NCBI GenBank assembly: GCA_951406725.2
Contig: CATOCA020000001.1
Location: 682,001-746,000, forward strand
DNA from: Octopus vulgaris
Lineage: Eukaryota
Direction: 5' to 3'
DNA: 64,000 nucleotides
Part shown: piece by piece, positions 28,091 through 39,369 of the stretch
Layout: the number at the start of each line of letters is the position of its first letter
How positions within the stretch are numbered: position 1 is the stretch's first letter
The notes under the pieces: model-generated
Seen by the model: the letters and a program-made list of their open reading frames with translations, nothing else
What the model was told of the DNA's origin: nothing
The model's database searches: none
Made by a program: the position numbers and the translations under genes

Positions 28091-28171
28091 CCCTGACAAG
28101 ATTGATCCATAGCTGACCATTATTCATCCCATCGCAAGTATTTTGGATACATCCATCGAAACATATGTAGG
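28091..28171 (+). ncRNA. Degenerate hammerhead motif (G8 lost) in a Penelope-like remnant
   Basis: CC-CTGACAA-GATTGAT...ATCCATC-GAAA-CATAT-GTA-GG, with palindromic stem III ACATATGT. Confidence 0.5.
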
Positions 28172-28231
28172 AGATACGAAGATATAAATGTTTTAATAAT
28201 ATTTTGAACGTTTGTCTTCTTTTTCTATTTT

Positions 28232-28319
<88 letters not shown>

Positions 28320-28381
28320 TACAGTGTATATACACACATACATACATGCTTAATCTTCATTTTCAGAATCCTACCAACAAA

Positions 28382-28427
28382 ATGTATACGTATCTACTAC
28401 TTTTGGCCCTAGTCACCATCTTTGGAG
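28382..28427 (+). CDS. Exon 2 (exon starts 28367): start codon and signal peptide MYTYLLLLALVTIFG of a secreted Tyr/Pro/His/Gln-rich protein
   Basis: Acceptor CTTAATCTTCATTTTCAG|AATC; start context CAACAAAATG; hydrophobic core; donor GAG|GTAATG; phase 1. Confidence 0.85.
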
Positions 28428-28804
28428 GTAATGTAGCCTTTCTTTTCCTTACATTTTGATTGTGTGTATGTGTGTGTGCACACGTGTGTATCTGTGTTTG
28501 CGTGTGTATGTGCATGTGAATGTGTGTATGTTTGTGTGTGTGTGCGTAAGTATGCATGTGAGAGTATACACATATGTGATTGTGTGTATTTGCATGTATA
28601 TGTGTGTGTGTATGTATCTATGTGTGTGTATGCATGTAAGTGTATGTGTGTGTGTTTATGTGTGTATATGTATGTGTATATATGTATGTATGTATGTATA
28701 TGTATGAGTGTGTGTGTATGTATCTATGTGTGGGAATGCATGTAAGTGTGTGTGTGTGTATGAGAGTGTGTGTATGTATCTATGTGTGTGTATGCATGTA
28801 AGTG

Positions 28805-28849
<45 letters not shown>

Positions 28850-29166
28850 CTAAATGTTTTTATTTTTCATTCCCTTCGAAACTTTATCCCCAATAGTGGT
28901 TTGGAATTTAGCTGTTCTTTCTAGCGTGTAAGGAGTCCTATAATAGATGCCTCTTATGTGTTTAAATGTACACTGTATTTATATTAATGTGTGTATGTAT
29001 GCTTGTATGCTTGCACAAGGAAGTAGTTCTCTGTGTGTGTATATGTGTTGTGTGTGTGTATGTGTGTGTGTGTACATTTTTGTTTTTATATATAACTTTA
29101 TGTTTTTGTTTATATTTACACAATTTTTAATTCATATTTATTTAATGGTGTTATTATATTTTCCAG

Positions 29167-29193
29167 GACAAGCCGCAAGGGGAGAGGCTACAA
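29167..29193 (+). CDS. Exon 3, a 27-nt micro-exon encoding (G)QAARGEAT, which contains the predicted signal-peptidase site ARG|EA
   Basis: Acceptor TATTTTCCAG|GAC and donor CAA|GTAAGT. Symmetric phase 1-1, joining exons 2 and 4 in frame. Confidence 0.8.
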
Positions 29194-29228
29194 GTAAGTA
29201 AGACTACTTTTATGGGGAAAAGGGGTGG

Positions 29229-29271
<43 letters not shown>

Positions 29272-29445
29272 TGATGGTTGTAAATGAGATTCACCATCAT
29301 GCAAGCAGTGTATTTCGCTTCCAACCTTCCATTAAAACATACCTTGTCGTGGGAAAGAGCTACCTTACTTGGAAACAGATGGGGGTCTGGGAATCGAAAC
29401 CACGATCCTATGACCGTGAGTCCGCTGCCCTAACCACTGGGCCAT

Positions 29446-29520
<75 letters not shown>

Positions 29521-29533
29521 TAGATAGATAGAC

Positions 29534-29590
<57 letters not shown>

Positions 29591-29630
29591 TAGATAGACA
29601 TGTATGTTTAGATCTGTATGTTTAGATATG

Positions 29631-29686
<56 letters not shown>

Positions 29687-29715
29687 GACATGTATGTTTA
29701 GATCTGTATGTTTAG

Positions 29716-29758
<43 letters not shown>

Positions 29759-29798
29759 TAGATAGACATGTATGTTTAGATCTGTATGTTTAGATATG

Positions 29799-29834
<36 letters not shown>

Positions 29835-29882
29835 TAGATAGATAGATAGACATGTATGTTTAGATCTGTATGTTTAGATATG

Positions 29883-29918
<36 letters not shown>

Positions 29919-29962
29919 TAGATAGATAGACATGTATGTTTAGATCTGTATGTTTAGATATG

Positions 29963-29998
<36 letters not shown>

Positions 29999-30152
29999 GA
30001 TAAATATCAAAGTGAGTTATATACAGTAGTGGTAACACATCGTGACGCATATTTGCCATTTCAATATGGCTACCCCTAAGGGTGGATGCTACTGTAGTTT
30101 TTAGCCCCAGGAGGACACACTCCTCCAGCTGGCCATAGACACACTTTCTGTG

Positions 30153-30191
<39 letters not shown>

Positions 30192-30379
30192 CACTCAGAC
30201 ACACACACACTGACACATGCACAAACACATACACACACATAATGGCATATACACAGAGACATGCACACACACACACACACACACACACAACTAATTATAG
30301 AGTAGGTCAAATTTGTTCATTGTTACCATTAATAATCGACCACTTCGTTTAAATATTTCCCCGTTCATCTATCTTGCAG

Positions 30380-30938
30380 ATAAAACCTCCAATGCCACCA
30401 CGGATGACGGCCCTAGCAACATCTTTAGCCCTTACCACACACCCCAACAATATCCGGGTGCCGGGCAACAGCCGGGTGTCGGATACAACCCCGGATTCCC
30501 GTTTCCCTATCCTCAACAAAACCCACACACCCACCGCAAACGACAGCCACCACCCACTCTCACAATGCTCCCCATCATAGTGTCCAAGGTTCCTCCCAGC
30601 CTCAATTTCCGTTTGCTTTCCCCCCGCATGGCCACCACAGCAACCCAAATTACTTCACCACCTACCAACCAGGCTCAAGTAACCAAGGTAACCATGGCTC
30701 CCAAGGGCACACTTCACCTTTCCAATTCCCTTCCTCTTTCCCCTTCCAACAACAACAACAGCAGCCACATTTCCCACCCACCCACAACCAATACCCTTAT
30801 TACTCCCAATACCCCCACTACCCACACTACCCCCACTACCCACACTACCCCCAATACTATTATCCCCATTATCCCTATTATCACCACTACCCATACTACC
30901 CCTACTATCATCACTACCCTTATAACCAGCACTACTAA
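30380..30938 (+). CDS. Exon 4 coding part: mature low-complexity Y/P/H/Q/G/F-rich protein; needs one -1 frame change near 30522
   Basis: Acceptor TCATCTATCTTGCAG|ATAA. First frame reads NKTSNATTDDGPSNIFSPYHTPQQYPGAGQQPGVGYNPGFPFPYPQQN. The -1 frame continues PTHPPQTTATTHSHNAPHH...QPQFPFAFPPHGHH...FPFQQQQQQPHFPPTHNQYPYYSQYPHYPHYPHYPHYPQYYYPHYPYYHHYPYYPYYHHYPYNQHY with TAA at 30936-30938. Repeat variation is synonymous in that frame (TAC/TAT, CCC/CCA/CCT, CAC/CAT). Confidence 0.8.
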
Positions 30939-31549
30939 ACAAACCCTCACCCTCAAAACCCCTTTTTTCCTCCCCCATCCCACCCCTCTACTGACCTCCT
31001 AGTAAACACCCCCTACCCTACCCAACACCACCTTCTCCCTTCTGTCTCTTTTTTTTTTTTTAGCTCCTCTCCATTCTAGGCCTCCGGGGGGGGGGCCTCG
31101 GCCCCCTCGCCCCCTCCTAAGCAGATCCTTGCCACTTCTCCTGTGCCAGGATCACTCCTGCCTCCATCATGCCACTGCCTCCACCATCATGGCAGCCAGC
31201 AGCAGCAGCAGCAGTAGTAGTAGACATTCGTACCGCTCCCTTTATTTTCTGACCTTCCTCCACCCCACCCCCTCCACCTACCACCCAAACCAATCTTTAT
31301 TACCTAAACCACCCGACCCCTGACCTCTGTGCCCTCTACCCTATTGACCTCTTCCTTAAACCAAACTTACCAAGTAGACCAATATGATGCAATTCCACCA
31401 TGTAGACTAACAGAACTATGAACCTTGTACTTAGTTCGTGTTACCATTACTTTCGTCCCATCTTACCAGTAAGTATTAGTATTGTTGTAATTGTTGTTGT
31501 TACTATTGACTAAGAGAGCAGAGTGACGGTGGGGTACAAATACACAAAG

Positions 31550-32910
31550 GTCCCTGAATAAAGGTTGTTTAACCCTTTTAGTGTTCGCATTATTCTGCTA
31601 AAATTCTTCATCCACATTGTTTTGAAATAATCCTGCATTAATCTTGTAGCTATGAGATTTTGATGAGGTAGCTGTTAATTTTTAAAACGATATTGTAGGG
31701 TTGGTGTGAGAGACCAGATCTGGTCAGTTTGATCATAAAACAGGCAGAATATTTTTGGCCGGATATGGCCGGTTTCAATGCTAAAGGGTTAAGGATGTTG
31801 AACGAACCCCTCATGTTACTAAAGGTGAATTATTCGAAACCCCAAAGAATCCCTCTCAACACACGGCTATGATGCTCCCCCACTACTTCTGCTCCTGATC
31901 AGAGGTGCACATATCGTCAACCACTAAGGGACATGGTAAACTGGTTACGGTCAAACAACTGACAAACAAATCTGTGGTATTGAGCAGAATATTTGCTGTA
32001 GCCCATCTTTTATACCAAGACAAAACAATGTACATGATAACACTTCCAATCAGTTAAGATCAGTAGCCATGAGAGCCACTGCCTGGTACTGCATCAGGGC
32101 ATTAGCAAATCTGTGGTATCGAGCAAAATATTTGCTGTAGCCCATCTTTTATACCAAGACTAAACAATGTACATGTTAACACTTCCAATCAGTTAAGATC
32201 AGAAGCCATGAGAGCCACTGCCTGGTACTGCATCAAGGCATGGATCCATGAATAAAGGTTGTTTAAGGATGTTGAACAAACCACCCATGTTTCCAAAGGT
32301 GAATTATCCAAATCCCCAAAGAATCCCTCTCAACACATGGCTATGATGCTCCCCCACTACTTCTGCTCATGATCAGAGATGCACATATCATCAGCCACTA
32401 AGGGACATGCTCAATTGGTTATGGTCAAACAACTGGCAAGCAAATCTGTGGTATTGAGCAGAATATTTGCTGTAGCCCATCTTTTATACCAAGACAAAAC
32501 AATGTACATGATAACACTTCCAATCAGTTAAGATCAGAAGCCATGAGAGCCACTGCCTGGTACTGCATCAGGGCATGGATCCATGAATAAAGGTTGTTTA
32601 AGGATGTTGAACAAACCACCCATGTTTCCAAAGGTGAATTATCCAAATCCCCAAAGAATCCCTCTCAACACATGGCTATGATGCTCCCCCACTACTTCTG
32701 CTCATGATCAGAGATGCACATATCATCAGCCACTAAGGGACATGCTCAATTGGTTATGGTCAAACAACTGGCAAGCAAATCTGTGGTATTGAGCAGAATA
32801 TTTGCTGTAGCCCATCTTTTATACCAAGACAAAACAATGTACATGATAACACTTCCAATCAGTTAAGATCAGAAGCCATGAGAACCACTGCCTGGTACTG
32901 CATCAGGGAA
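31550..32910 (-). repeat. Tandem copies (~330-bp unit, about 3.5 copies) of an unclassified (TAA)n-associated element
   Basis: Repeated AATAAAGGTTGTTTAAGGATGTTGAAC...CAGAAGCCATGAGAGCCACTGCCTGGTACTGCATCAGG, abutting (ATT)n at 32910. Confidence 0.85.
31573..31788. mobile_element. piggyBac-type MITE (216 bp) with TTAA target-site duplication
   Basis: TTAA|CCCTTTTAG...CTAAAGGG|TTAA. The empty site GGTTGTTTAAGGATG is visible in neighbouring tandem units (~32257 and ~32592). Confidence 0.9.
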
Positions 32911-32922
32911 ATTATTATTATT

Positions 32923-33008
<86 letters not shown>

Positions 33009-33063
33009 CATTATTATTATTATTAAGGTGGTGAGCTGGCAGAATCTTTAGCATGCTGGATGA

Positions 33064-33479
33064 GGATCTTTTCGGCTTGAACGGCAGTCTTTTCTAGCGG
33101 TGTCATATGAAATTGTCACCCATAATTATGACCCTAGTATCGATCTATTGCATTTCAATCTATTTTAGGGTTAGGGTTAGGGGTGGAGGAAGGATATTTT
33201 TTTTCTTCAGAAATGTAAATAAACCCAATCTGTTTCTTAAACAAGGGACATATTCATACGGCACAGAATGTTTTCACCTCAATAGACATCATTGATTGGT
33301 TGAAATTGCAGAAATTGAAGAAAAAAACCCAACAAATATCTTACAAACTATAGAATTTTCTCAATAAAGCCAAAAGAAAAAGATGTTTTATAAACACATT
33401 CTACCAGTATACAAAGTTTAAAATTTTTTAGTTACGTGGAAATTATTTTAAAAAACTGCCGGTCAAACCAAAAAGATCC
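33064..33479. mobile_element. MITE with ~24-bp TIRs, 8-bp TSD and internal (TTAGGG)n; Merlin-like, superfamily uncertain
   Basis: TIRs GGATCTTTTCGGCTTGAACGGCAG / CTGCCGGTCAAACCAAAAAGATCC. CTGGATGA is duplicated at 33056-33063 and 33480-33487, inside a family B SINE. Other copies lie at ~56760-57171 and 59617-60040, with an inverted piece at ~61710-61810. Confidence 0.85.
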
Positions 33480-33564
33480 CTGGATGAAATGCTTAGCGGT
33501 ATTTCACCCATCACTTCAGGCCTTGTGCCTTTAACAGAAAGGATTGTTGTTGCTGTTTTGTTTG

Positions 33565-34287
33565 TTTGTTGAGCGAAGCAGTCTTCATCCCGTCTGTAGT
33601 GGGAGAAGTCCGAAACGTGGTCCTTTGCTATTCGTAAAACCTGCAGAAGAGAAAGCAGGTCAACCCCTGACACCGAGAGCATCGACGGATGGATGAATGC
33701 GCATCCAGGCTCAGCGGTTGCGTAGGAAGTCGGGGACAAGAAACAGGAAGAAAGAGTGAGAGAAAGTTGGAGTGAAAGAGTACAACAGGGGTCGCCACGA
33801 CCCCCTGCCGGAGCCTCGTGGAGCTTTAGGTGTTTTCACTCAATAAACACACACAACGCCCGGTCTGGGAATCGAAACCGCAATCCTCCGACCGCGAGTC
33901 CGCTGCCCTAACCACTGGGCCATTGTGCCTCCACTGCTGTTTCTGTTTCAGTTGCTGCTGAGCGAACGGTCTTCGTCCCAGAGTGGGAGAAGTCTGAAAC
34001 ATGGTCCTTTGCTATTCGTAAGACCCGCAGAAGAGACAGCAGGTCAACACCCCGACACCGAGGGGCATCGACGGATGGATGAATGCGCATCCAGGCTCAA
34101 CGGTTGCGTTTGTTGAGCGAAGCTGTCTTCGTCCCAGAGCTTGCAAGTAGTGGGAGAAGCCCGAAACCTGGTCCTTTGCTATTCGTAAGACCCGCAGAAG
34201 AGACAGCAGGTCAACCCCCCCCCCCCCACCCGACACCGAGATGGATGAATGCGCGTCCAGGCTCAGCGGTTGCGTAGGAAGTCGGGG
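33565..34287 (-). mobile_element. tRNA-derived SINE, family C (33565-33934), plus two extra 3'-tail copies (~33958-34108 and ~34110-34287)
   Basis: Minus-strand head GTGGAGGCACAATGGCCCAGTGGTTAGGGCAGCGGACTCGCGG...GGTTTCGATTCCC; the tail ends CTTCGCTCAAC. Confidence 0.8.
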
Positions 34288-34305
34288 TGTTGTTGTTGCT
34301 GTCGT

Positions 34306-34339
<34 letters not shown>

Positions 34340-34385
34340 GTTGTCGTCGTTGTTATTGTTGTTGTTGTTATTTTTCCCCCACTAG

Positions 34386-34770
34386 GTTCTACACAGTCGG
34401 TTTGAAACAGAGCTACCATCTTATGCAGCGAACGACGTTGGACGAAATTATTTTTTCAAGGCTTTCGACGCAGAAGAAATTTTAAAAAAAGGCAAAAAGA
34501 AAAAGAAAAGAAAACGGAAAAAAAAAAACAACAAGAAAAGGAAAACGAAAAGAAAGAAGGGAAAATACGAAGTTGACAGGAAAAAAAGGAAAAAAAAAAG
34601 GAAGAAAAAGAAGCAAACAAACACCTTTACATTCATTTGATGTCTCCTTCTATTTTTTTTTTTTCTTCGTCTTCTTCTTCTTCTTCTTCGCTGAAGGAAA
34701 AAGAAGAAAACGCAAAGTGATGAAATGTAAAAGAAAGATTGAAAAAATAAAATGAATTCAGATGCATCAA
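34386..34770 (+). other. Putative terminal non-coding exon (3' UTR) with poly(A) signal
   Basis: Acceptor TATTTTTCCCCCACTAG|GTT; AATAAA at 34746-34751 followed by a GT-rich tract. A matching upstream donor CCA|GTAAGT lies at 31468/31469. Confidence 0.45.
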
Positions 34771-34814
34771 TAGACAAATATTTATGGGTTGTTGTTTTAA
34801 TTCTTGTTGCCGCT

Positions 34815-35064
34815 TCTTCCCCCATCTTCTTCTTCTTCTTCTTCTTCCACTTCTTCTTCTTTTTCTTCTTCTTCTTCTCTTTCTTCTTCTTCTTTTTCTT
34901 CTTCTTTTTCTGCTTTCAATTCTTCTTCTTCCAATTCTTCTTCTTCTTCTTCTTCTTCTTCTTCTTCTTCTTCTTCTTCTTCTTCTTCTCCTTCTTCTTC
35001 TTCTTCTTCTTCTCCTTCTTTTTCTTCTTCTTCTCCTTCTCCTTCATCTTCTTCTTCTCCTCTT

Positions 35065-35095
<31 letters not shown>

Positions 35096-35388
35096 TCCTT
35101 CTTCTTCTTCTTCTTCTTCTCCTTCTTCTTCTTCTTCTCCTTCATCTCCTTCTTCTCCTTCTTCTTCTTCTTCTTCTTCTTCTCCTTCTCCTTCATCTTC
35201 TTCTTCTCCTCTTCCTTATCCTTCTTCTTCTTCTTCTTCTTCTTCTTCTTCTTCTTCTTCTTCTTCTTCTTCTTCTTCTTCTTCTTCTCTCCTTCTTCTT
35301 CTTCTTCTTCTTCTTCTTCTTCTTCTTCTTCTTCTTCTTCTTCTTCTTCTTCTCCTCCTCCTCCTCCTCCTCCTCCTCCTCCTTCTTC
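34815..35388. repeat. (CTT)n microsatellite; an oppositely oriented (GAA)n tract lies at 37736-38292
   Basis: Directly visible. Confidence 0.95.
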
Positions 35389-35389
35389 C

Positions 35390-35874
35390 AATCAGGACTC
35401 ACACCATTAGCCACAAAGAATAATCTCTAATTCGAGCCTTACTCTAAGCTACTAAGAACGCATGCGGCAACTTGAAGATCCACCCACCACAAACACGATA
35501 GACTGGCGGTTGCACGGGCGCGAAAGCTACGTTGTTATCCTCATTCCGTAAACGGTGGCTTTTTCAACGGGTGAAGAGCTGAACCATCCTGGGGCACAGA
35601 GGATTCGCAATCTAGACTTAGGGTCTGAAAGTTTACCACACCATAGCGGGTTACACCATGGTTCCTCTGCTTTGTGGCAGAAGTAGGAAGAAAGAGTGAG
35701 AGAAAGTTGTGGTGAAAGAGTACAACGGGGTTCACCACCACCCTCCAGCCAGAGCCTTGTGGAGCTTGAGTGTTTTTGTTCAATAAACACTCACAATCCC
35801 TGGACTGGGAATCGAAACCGCGTTCTTACGACTACAAGTCTGCTGCCCTAACCACTGGGCCATTGTGCCTCCAC
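35390..35874 (-). mobile_element. Family C SINE head and body joined to a different 3' region
   Basis: Same head and body as 33745-33934 up to CTCACTCTTTCTTCCT, then unrelated sequence running into (GAA/GGA)n. Confidence 0.65.
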
Positions 35875-35917
35875 TGTTGTTGTTGTGGCAGCAGTTGTTG
35901 TTACTGGTGGTGGTGTT

Positions 35918-35924
35918 ATGATAG

Positions 35925-35956
<32 letters not shown>

Positions 35957-36008
35957 TTGACGACGATGGTGGTGACAATGATGATGATGATGATAGTGAT
36001 GATGATAG

Positions 36009-36040
<32 letters not shown>

Positions 36041-36143
36041 TTGACGACGATGATGATGATGATGACGATGATGATGATGATGATGTTGACGACGATGATG
36101 ATGATGGTGGTGACAATGATGATGATGATAGTGATGATGATAG

Positions 36144-36181
<38 letters not shown>

Positions 36182-36365
36182 TTGACGACGACGATGATGA
36201 TGATGATGACGATGATGATGATGTTGACGACGATGATGATGATGGTGGTGACAATGATGATGATGATAGTGATGATGATAGTGATGATGATGATGATGAT
36301 GATGATGATGTTGACAACGATGATGATGGTGGTGACAATGATGATGATGATAGTGATGATGATAG

Positions 36366-36403
<38 letters not shown>

Positions 36404-36503
36404 TTGACGACGACGATGATGATGATGATGACGATGATGATGATGTTGACGACGATGATGATGATGGTGGTGACAATGATGATGATGATAGTGATGATGA
36501 TAG

Positions 36504-36538
<35 letters not shown>

Positions 36539-36593
36539 TTGACAACGATGATGATGGTGGTGACAATGATGATGATGATAGTGATGATGATAG

Positions 36594-36625
<32 letters not shown>

Positions 36626-36918
36626 TTGACGATGACGATGATGATGAAGATGGTGATGATGATGATGATGATGTTAACGATGATGATGATGATGGTGGTG
36701 ACAATGATGATGATGATAGTGATGATGATGACGATGATGATGATGATGTTGATGACGATGATGATGATGATGATAACGATGATGATGATGATGATGTTGC
36801 CGACGATGATGATGATGATGACGACGATGATGATGATGTTGACGACGATGATGATGATGGTGGTGACGATGATGATGATGATGACGATGATGGTGATGAT
36901 GACGATGATGATGATGAT
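35918..36918. repeat. Compound (GAT)n array with higher-order units
   Basis: Recurring GTTGAC, GGTGGTGACAAT and GATAGT interruptions. Confidence 0.95.
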
Positions 36919-38292
36919 TGTTTATGTTCCATGCCTGAATCATCGAATATCTAAGAATAATTTGTTTACTGATTAAAAAATTGTGAGTTTTCATCTCTCT
37001 CTGGAATACAGTAATTAGAAAGATAATTAATTTTATTTTTACATGCGATAATTACACAGGGAAGAGACAGACAGACAGACAGAGATAGACAGACAGACAG
37101 AGATAGACAGACAGACAGAGCAACAGTGTGTCCCACACCAATTTCCATAATACAGCCTTGCCTGGCCTCTGTGCCGGTGGCACGTAAAAAGCACCCACTA
37201 CACTCACGGAGTGGTTGGCGTTAGGAAGGGCATCCAGCCGTAGAAACACTGCCAGATCAGACTGGGCCTGATGCAGCCTTCTGGCTTCACAGACCCCAGT
37301 TGAACCGTCCAACCCATGCTAGCATGAAAAGCGGACGCTAAATGATGATGAGAATGTCCCTCCATCTATCCAATGCGCTCTCTTTCATTCACTATTCTCA
37401 AGTATGTACATGTGTGTGTGTGTGTGCATTTACACACACACACACACACACGTACACATACTCACACACATACACACTACTACTAAAACTCTCAGATTGC
37501 TTGATTGTTTGCTGGGTTGTCTGTCATTCAATATAGCCAAACCAGCGCATAATGGGAAAGTAAAGTACACCCTGAAAGTACTCTGAAAGTAAAGTACCCT
37601 TGAAATGTGAATACAAACGAAATAAAACAAGTTTTTCGTAAATTGGACCACGGATTCCTGAGATACAGGTTTTTTGGGGGGGTTTGTTTCCACAATTCTA
37701 AGCAGTAAAATCTGGAGTTATTGCTCTTTGCTGACAAGAAGAAGAAGAAGAAGAAGAAGAAGAAGAAGAAGAAGAAGAAGAAGAAGAAGAAGAAGAAGAA
37801 GAAGAAGAAGAAGAATTGGAAGAAGAAGAAGAAGAAGAAGAAGAAGAAGAAGAAGGAGAAGGAGAAGAAGAAGAAGAAGAAGAAGAAGAAGAAGAAGAAG
37901 AAGAAGAAGAAGAAGAAGAAGAAGAAGAAGGAGAAGAAGAAGAAGGAGGAGAAGAAGAAGAATTGGATGAAGAAGATTTGAAAAAAGAAAAGGAAGAAGA
38001 AGAAGGAGAAGAAGAAGAATTGGAAGAAGAAGAAGAAGAAGAAGAAGAAGAGAAGGAGAAGAAGAAGAAGAAGAAGAAGAAGAAGAAGAAGAAGAAGAAG
38101 AAGAAGAAGAAGGAGAAGAAGAAGAAGAAGGAGGAGAAGAAGAAGAATTGGATGAAGAAGATTTGAAAAAAGGAAAGGAAGAAGAAGAAGGAGAAGAAGA
38201 AGAATTGGAAGAAGAAGAAGAATTGGAAGAAGAAGAAGAAGAAGAAGAAGAAGAAGAAGAAGAAGAAGAAGAAGAAGAAGAAGAAGAAGAAG

Positions 38293-38660
38293 ACTGGCAG
38301 TCTCTCACTTGCATTGTTGCGATTACTCTCACCAAATTTCTAATTATCTCGAACATCATGGCAACAGACATTATCTATATAACATTGTCCCATCCTCAAT
38401 ATACCAAATCCGTTTCCCTTCTCAATTCCCATCCAGTACACATTTACATAAAGCCAAGCCTACTTGAAATACGTTGTGGACAAACGTGGTGAGAGCCGGT
38501 ATTGTTCTTCTTCGCATCTCCAAAGTTTCTAATCAGCTTCTCCTGACAGGTGAGTCTCCAGGCGGAATTGTCAGCTCTCATAGCTGTTATCATCCTTCCA
38601 GTTCCAAGGTGCTTGGCTTCCTGCTAGTTCACACCATTGCCAGGCATACACGCGAAGCTC
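38293..38660 (-). mobile_element. Possible old RTE-type LINE 3' remnant
   Basis: Minus strand ADNSAWRLTCQEKL...HVCPQRISSRLGF resembles the RTE A.DR..WR...C..R...SRIGL C-terminus. Weak match. Confidence 0.35.
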
Positions 38661-38726
38661 TTTCGATCTTACTTTCTCTCTCTCTCTCTCTCTCTTCATG
38701 TCTCCTCTCTCACTTTCTCTCCTCTT

Positions 38727-38795
38727 ATACATACATACATACATACATACATACATACATACATACATACATGCATACATACATACATACATACA

Positions 38796-38827
<32 letters not shown>

Positions 38828-39338
38828 CACATGCATACATACATGCATACATACATGCATGCATACATGCATACATGCATACAAACATACATACATACAT
38901 AAATACATACATGCATACATACATACATACATGCATACATACATACATACATACATACATACATGCATGCATACATGCATACATACATACATACATACAA
39001 ACATACATACATACATACATGCATACATACATACATATACACATGCATACATACATGCATGCATACATACATACATGCATACATACATACATACATACAT
39101 ACATACATACATACATACATAAATACATACATGCATGCATACATACATACATACATACATACATACATACACACATTCATACATACATACATGCATACAC
39201 ACACACACATACATGCATACATACATACATGCATGCATACATACATACATACATACATACATACATACATACATACATACACACATTCATACATACATAC
39301 ATGCATACACACACACATACATGCATACATACATACAT

Positions 39339-39369
<31 letters not shown>

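Noticed and set aside
30380-30580. Phase-0 reading of exons 3-4 (DKPQGERLQ-IKPPMPPRM...)
   Set aside because: Incompatible with the phase-1 end of the signal-peptide exon.
30313-31002. 229-aa single-exon ORF from the track as the real protein
   Set aside because: It starts at TTG in intronic sequence upstream of a clear acceptor. Its C-terminal half is better explained as the shadow of the -1 YPH frame.
33595-33630. Hammerhead-like GAAAC-NNN-GTC in the SINE C tail; also isolated CTGATGA/CTGAGGA at ~4424 and ~22152
   Set aside because: The other half of the catalytic core is missing in each case.
33860-33934. tRNA gene
   Set aside because: It has A/B boxes but no complete acceptor stem or terminator, and runs into a SINE body present in several copies.
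38537-38555. Possible 13-nt micro-exon CAG|CTTCTCCTGACAG|GTGAGT
   Set aside because: Lies in a probable LINE remnant with no partner exons; could arise by chance.
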